A stretch of DNA of 18,579 bases from contig CAIWXP010000114.1 in assembly GCA_903916665.1 (NCBI GenBank), forward strand, positions 1 to 18,579, written 5' to 3'. This DNA comes from Candidatus Iainarchaeum sp. Lineage in GTDB: Archaea > Iainarchaeota > Iainarchaeia > Iainarchaeales > 0-14-0-20-30-16. The notes under the pieces are model-generated. The model was not told the DNA's origin, searched no databases, and was given only the letters and a program-made list of their open reading frames with translations. The position numbers and the translations under genes were made by a program. This document shows, one piece after another, positions 14,831 to 18,579 of the stretch. Position 1 is the first letter of the stretch. The number at the start of each line of letters is the position of its first letter.

Positions 14831-15389
14831 TGGATTCTAGAATTTGTTTAACTCTTGTTTTTGTTTTACTTAAATGATAAAATCCCAAATTATCTGGTTT
14901 GTTTTCAAAAAATCTATTAACCAAATCATAGTAATTTTTGGCTTCATCTTCACTAAAATGTAATTTTACATCAAATCCTTGATTAATTTGTTTTTTAAAA
15001 TATTTTATAAATTCCACCAATATAAAATCAGAAGGATGTTGTCCAAGTTCTTGTCTAAATTTTTTACTTTCTTCTGTTTCTTTTTTTGCATCCCAAAATT
15101 TACCTTCTGCATCTTGAGAATATTGTGTTCGCATTCTTTGAATTGCGTAAATATTTATATTTGTTCCATGAACCTCAAAGCCAATAACTACTCGTGGCTT
15201 ACCTGTTGAATCTCGTAAAACAAAATGTGGTGCAAATCTTGTCGTGGGCACTATTGGATTTCTTATTTTTCTTTCCAAATCTCCATACCACCACAAAGAA
15301 TGCATATCTATTTTGTGTGTATCTTCACGCTTAACTTTTTGTTTTAAAAATGGTAAAATTTTTTTTGCTAATATTGCTAAATTTGGCAT
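14823..15389 (-). CDS. Hypothetical cytoplasmic protein (188 aa), no recognisable family
   Basis: The open frame is tightly coupled to its neighbours, with an 8-nt overlap downstream and a 19-nt gap upstream. There are no TM segments and no motifs I can assign. Confidence 0.6.
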   Translation of the reverse strand: MPNLAILAKKILPFLKQKVKREDTHKIDMHSLWWYGDLERKIRNPIVPTTRFAPHFVLRDSTGKPRVVIGFEVHGTNINIYAIQRMRTQYSQDAEGKFWDAKKETEESKKFRQELGQHPSDFILVEFIKYFKKQINQGFDVKLHFSEDEAKNYYDLVNRFFENKPDNLGFYHLSKTKTRVKQILESNE

Positions 15390-15408
15390 AGTGGTTCACT
15401 TTTTGGTT

Positions 15409-15948
15409 TTATTTTACGTTGATGTTTTTTCTACTTTCTTTCTTTAAAATATGTGTTGCTATTTTTAATGCTTTTATAGTTGAGTTATATTTTTCATTTT
15501 GTCCAATTTTAAAATGTAAAATTGCATTCTCATAATTAACCCATTTAACTGCTTCGATGTCTTTGTTTAATTTAAATTTTCCATTTCCAGAATAGTTTAT
15601 TAAATTATAAAAATATGTTTTTCCTTTTCTAAATTCGTTAGACTCTTTGTTTTCTATACGTTCATCTATAGTATTGTCAAAATATGCAAAATGTATATTA
15701 GTTATATCTGTGCCAAAATTAATTCCTAATTTTTCATTAATTTCTTTAGATAGGTTTTCTTTTAACGATTCATTTATTTTTATTTCTCTTTGGGGGAAAT
15801 ACCAATGACTTAAAGATTTTGCTGATTGAACAATTAAATATTGTATTTCTTTATTGTGTTCTCTGTATATTACTGCAACACTTACAGGTTGATAATTTTT
15901 ATTTTTGTATAGTTTTAATATTTGTGTTTTAATTTCATTATTATTCAT
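15409..15948 (-). CDS. Nudix-fold protein with divergent Nudix box
   Basis: 179 aa. 'FPQREIKINESLKENLSKEINEKLGI' aligns position for position with the MutT box 'FPGGKIEMGETPEQAVVRELQEEVGI', giving R-x5-E-x7-K-E-I-x-E-K-x-G-I (nt 15721-15789). The first Gly and the last Glu of the consensus are replaced. Confidence 0.6.
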   Translation of the reverse strand: MNNNEIKTQILKLYKNKNYQPVSVAVIYREHNKEIQYLIVQSAKSLSHWYFPQREIKINESLKENLSKEINEKLGINFGTDITNIHFAYFDNTIDERIENKESNEFRKGKTYFYNLINYSGNGKFKLNKDIEAVKWVNYENAILHFKIGQNEKYNSTIKALKIATHILKKESRKNINVK

Positions 15949-15963
15949 TTTATTTTCACAATC

Positions 15964-16323
15964 CTATTTTTGTTTTTTATCAATTTCTTTTGCTAATTCT
16001 TTTAATTCTTTCATTGTTTGTGCAGTTTGTGTTTCAATATATTGAACAATTTGAGTAAATTGTGTTCCAACCAAATGAAACTTATGATTATAGTGTTGAA
16101 CAATTCCTCTTGCTAAAAGAACTTCCAAATAGTAATTTAATGCATTTCTACTAATTCCTGTTGATTTACTCAATTCAGGAGAACTTTGAGGGTTTTTCTT
16201 CAATTCTTCAATAATTTTAGCAAATTTGTCTTTATTTTTATCAAAACCAAGAGCTTCTAAGAAAGCATATTCCAAAGATCCGGAATGTTTTTCATAGTGC
16301 ATAAATATTCTTATTTCTTGCAT
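15964..16323 (-). CDS. Winged helix-turn-helix transcriptional regulator (ArsR/TrmB-like size)
   Basis: 119 aa. 'SSPELSKSTGISRNALNYYLEVLLARGIVQH' is a typical HTH plus wing, followed by a C-terminal coiled-coil-like K/E tail. 'GGTGA' lies 5 nt upstream of the ATG. Confidence 0.7.
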   Translation of the reverse strand: MQEIRIFMHYEKHSGSLEYAFLEALGFDKNKDKFAKIIEELKKNPQSSPELSKSTGISRNALNYYLEVLLARGIVQHYNHKFHLVGTQFTQIVQYIETQTAQTMKELKELAKEIDKKQK

Positions 16324-16341
16324 TTTTTCACCAAATAATCG

Positions 16342-16355
16342 AAAAATATATATTT
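16342..16355. promoter_or_regulatory. Palindromic TATA element in the divergent intergenic region (wHTH gene / large 3' ORF)
   Basis: 'AAAAATATATATTT' is centred near 16349. That is about 26 nt from the wHTH ATG (16323) and about 30 nt from the GTG at 16379. Confidence 0.35.
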
Positions 16356-16378
16356 AAGGTTTAGTAATATAGTACTAA

Positions 16379-18579
16379 GTGTTTTTGTATAAACATAAGT
16401 TAAGAGAAAAAGATATTAAAAAGATTCCCTTTTTTGTTGTATTATTTTCTCTTATGACGTTAGTTTTGTATTTTTCTGGTTGTATATCGTTTTGTTCTTT
16501 AGATTCAAGCAAAGATAAAGAATGTATATCCTATACTGATGCAGTATCTGTTTGTGAAGATATTAGTAAACCAATACCTAATTATCCTATTTGTAGTGAT
16601 TTTTCAAAATCAAAGGGTTTTGATAGTCTATTTCAAAATGATTGTGAAAAGTTATTCGATGATAAAATATCCCCTGAATTACAATTTGATAATCTAAGTT
16701 TAAATACAGAACAATTATCAAACCAATTAAGACAACAAGTAATTAATTCTTGGAAATCTAGTGATAAGATTTCCTACGGTTATTATTTAATAAATAAAGA
16801 TTGTGATTCTTTTTTAACTAGCAATTTTTCTAATTATAAATATACAATAAAAAAAGAAGTAAGTAATTTAGATGCCTATAATAAAAATACTATTTTTTTA
16901 ATATTGAGTAGTATTTATTCAACAAGAAAAGATTTAATGGATAATAATATTGAATTATTGCAAGATACTTTGATATATAATGACTATATTGAATTAAATA
17001 ATATTATGAATGAATTTCAAAAATCTTTTGGAAAAGATATAGAAGTAAAACAGTCATTAATAACAAATACAATTTCATTTTATACAAAATATTATTCCAA
17101 TAATAAATCAAATATAGAATTTTCTAATGCACTATCAACATTAAGTTCAAACAATCAAGAAAATTCTCAAATATCTAGTTTTATTGGCTGGTCAGTTGCT
17201 TTAGGAGGTGTGATAGGGTTGGGAATAATTAATCCGGCTTCTGCTTTGGTTACCTATATGGTTAATGGTTTTAATTTGTCTGAAGATTTATCCTCAAAAG
17301 TATCTCAAGTTATAGATAATGCGTCCGAGAAAACAAATCTTAGTGAGTGGGAAAAATTAAATATTTTGAAGGAAATGTTAATAGATTATGAATCTGCTCA
17401 CGGAAAATATAGCTATGGAGATAAGGCATTGTTTGAATTGTTTAAAAATATGGATATTCATATATCTGATTTAAAGAAAAATAACTTAAAAATGGCCGAT
17501 CAATTAACTTCAAAAATTTTGGCTTTAGAAAATGAATTAAATAACAATATTATTGAGAAACAATCCTATGATATATTGTATTCTAAATATAATATTGTTG
17601 AATCACCATTAGATTTAAAACAAAAATTAGAAAATATAAAAAATGATGTAACTGCACTGGCCAAATTAAATTATGGTGAAACACATTATTATTTATTATT
17701 ATTTAATTCCGAATTTGATTCGTTAAAATTACAAACAGATAATTATTTTTCATCAGATTATAAATCATTAGTATCTCTATGTGCTTCAGATATTTTAACC
17801 TTAAAAGGTAAAATTATTGATTTGCCAGAATCTCAGGATAAAACAGTAGTACAAAATTATATTAATTTGTTTTTTGATTCCAAAGAGGATACAAAGAAGT
17901 TAAACTATTGCGCAAAGATATTAACTTTAATTACCAATAAACAAGATTATTCTTGTTTGTCATCATTTTCAAATTTGTCTTATAATTTAAACCTAAATAT
18001 GGATTTATCAAAATATACCGAATCAGAATGTTTGCAAGAAATAGATCATTATATAATAGATTCTGAGGACTCAGAAATATATCAAACAATTCAATCACTA
18101 TATTCAAAATTAAACTCTCAAATGTCCATTTTAAAAAATTTACACAATTCAAGCAACTGTATTTCCAATTCTGATTTTTTTGGATTTAGCTCAAAGGCAA
18201 ATAATTTATATTATGCCTCAAAATATACAAATAATAATACGTTGTCAGCAATAATCGATACAAACATATTTAAGTTAAATTTAGAGTTATCTAATTTAAT
18301 TGATAATTTGAATTTAACAATTTCTAAAACACTTAGTTGTTATTTTAAGGATAATTTTGAAATAAATAAAAATAACAAACAAATAATATTTAATAATCCT
18401 TTTGGAAATTTTATAAATGATTTTGATTTGAATATAAACAACTATGGCATTACAGATGTTAATAAATCAGATTGTTTAAATGGCTTTAATATATCAAAGG
18501 ATAAAATAGGTCTAAATTTCAAATGTATTTCCATACAAATGATTTATAGTATTAATTTTAAGAATCTAACTCCTAAAAC
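16379..18579 (+). CDS. Large secreted/lipoprotein-like protein of unknown function, 3'-truncated by the window end (not in ORF track)
   Basis: I translated every codon by hand. There is no stop from the TAA at 16376-16378 to the window end (733 codons). Candidate starts are GTG 16379, TTG 16385 and ATG 16454. From GTG the N-terminus is 'FLYKHKLREKDIKKIPFFVVLFSLMTLVLYFSGC', a basic n-region plus hydrophobic core plus lipobox-like 'FSGC'. The protein is N/K/S-rich with scattered Cys, many N-x-S/T sequons and one internal hydrophobic segment 'FIGWSVALGGVIGLGIINPASALV'. Confidence 0.8.
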   Translation, partial: MFLYKHKLREKDIKKIPFFVVLFSLMTLVLYFSGCISFCSLDSSKDKECISYTDAVSVCEDISKPIPNYPICSDFSKSKGFDSLFQNDCEKLFDDKISPELQFDNLSLNTEQLSNQLRQQVINSWKSSDKISYGYYLINKDCDSFLTSNFSNYKYTIKKEVSNLDAYNKNTIFLILSSIYSTRKDLMDNNIELLQDTLIYNDYIELNNIMNEFQKSFGKDIEVKQSLITNTISFYTKYYSNNKSNIEFSNALSTLSSNNQENSQISSFIGWSVALGGVIGLGIINPASALVTYMVNGFNLSEDLSSKVSQVIDNASEKTNLSEWEKLNILKEMLIDYESAHGKYSYGDKALFELFKNMDIHISDLKKNNLKMADQLTSKILALENELNNNIIEKQSYDILYSKYNIVESPLDLKQKLENIKNDVTALAKLNYGETHYYLLLFNSEFDSLKLQTDNYFSSDYKSLVSLCASDILTLKGKIIDLPESQDKTVVQNYINLFFDSKEDTKKLNYCAKILTLITNKQDYSCLSSFSNLSYNLNLNMDLSKYTESECLQEIDHYIIDSEDSEIYQTIQSLYSKLNSQMSILKNLHNSSNCISNSDFFGFSSKANNLYYASKYTNNNTLSAIIDTNIFKLNLELSNLIDNLNLTISKTLSCYFKDNFEINKNNKQIIFNNPFGNFINDFDLNINNYGITDVNKSDCLNGFNISKDKIGLNFKCISIQMIYSINFKNLTPK

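Noticed and set aside
14979-15447. Plus-strand track ORFs 14979-15209 and 15244-15447
   Set aside because: Both are antisense to the cassette genes, have F/L/C-rich nonsense composition and lack start signals.
17931-18152. 73-aa minus-strand track ORF
   Set aside because: It is antisense within the >2.2-kb uninterrupted plus-strand frame, which is far less likely to be open by chance.
1-18579. CRISPR arrays, IS elements, integrases, or nucleotide-level tandem or inverted repeats marking a mobile element
   Set aside because: I found no regularly spaced direct repeats, no transposase- or integrase-like ORFs, and no terminal repeats around any gene block. The only repeats are protein-level modules and the duplicated pilin 5' ends.
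1-18579. Alternative genetic code or stop-codon recoding
   Set aside because: TAA, TAG (3813-3815) and TGA (5355-5357, 7036-7038, 7364-7366) all terminate well-defined genes at sensible lengths. No in-frame stops interrupt conserved domains.

Overview
Strongly AT-rich archaeal chromosomal segment (roughly 30% G+C by eye, not computed). The archaeal call rests on an RFC small subunit, ribosomal protein L40e, class III (archaeal type IV pilin) signal peptides, TATA-like promoter elements and GGTGA-type Shine-Dalgarno motifs upstream of most genes. The standard genetic code fits, with TAA, TAG and TGA all used as stops. The small, tightly packed genes suggest a streamlined, possibly DPANN-like archaeon, but that is inference only.

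Layout:
(1) rfcS at 3-971.
(2) A 12-gene plus-strand type IV pilus locus of the archaeal Epd / bacterial Tad-like kind at 996-8729. It has a secretion ATPase, two separate T2SSF-type platform proteins, three tandem 59-69 aa Flp-like mini-pilins (two missing from the supplied ORF track), an unusually long A24 prepilin peptidase, and five larger pilin-like proteins.
(3) On the minus strand, HtpX (M48) and LemA, then a 1164-aa secreted protein with a CARDB-like domain and nine copies of a six-cysteine module.
(4) Ribosomal protein L40e (not in the track) 21 nt downstream of tRNA-Val(UAC), both minus strand.
(5) A tight minus-strand four-gene cassette: wHTH regulator, divergent Nudix, unknown 188-aa protein, minimal HExxH membrane protease.
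(6) A plus-strand frame that stays open for more than 2.2 kb from 16379 to the window end. The ORF track omits it. It encodes a large secreted, lipoprotein-like protein of unknown function.

I saw no CRISPR array, transposase, integrase or recognisable defence system. The best candidates for novelty are the compact pilus locus, the six-Cys-module surface protein, the four-gene cassette and the unlisted 3' ORF.
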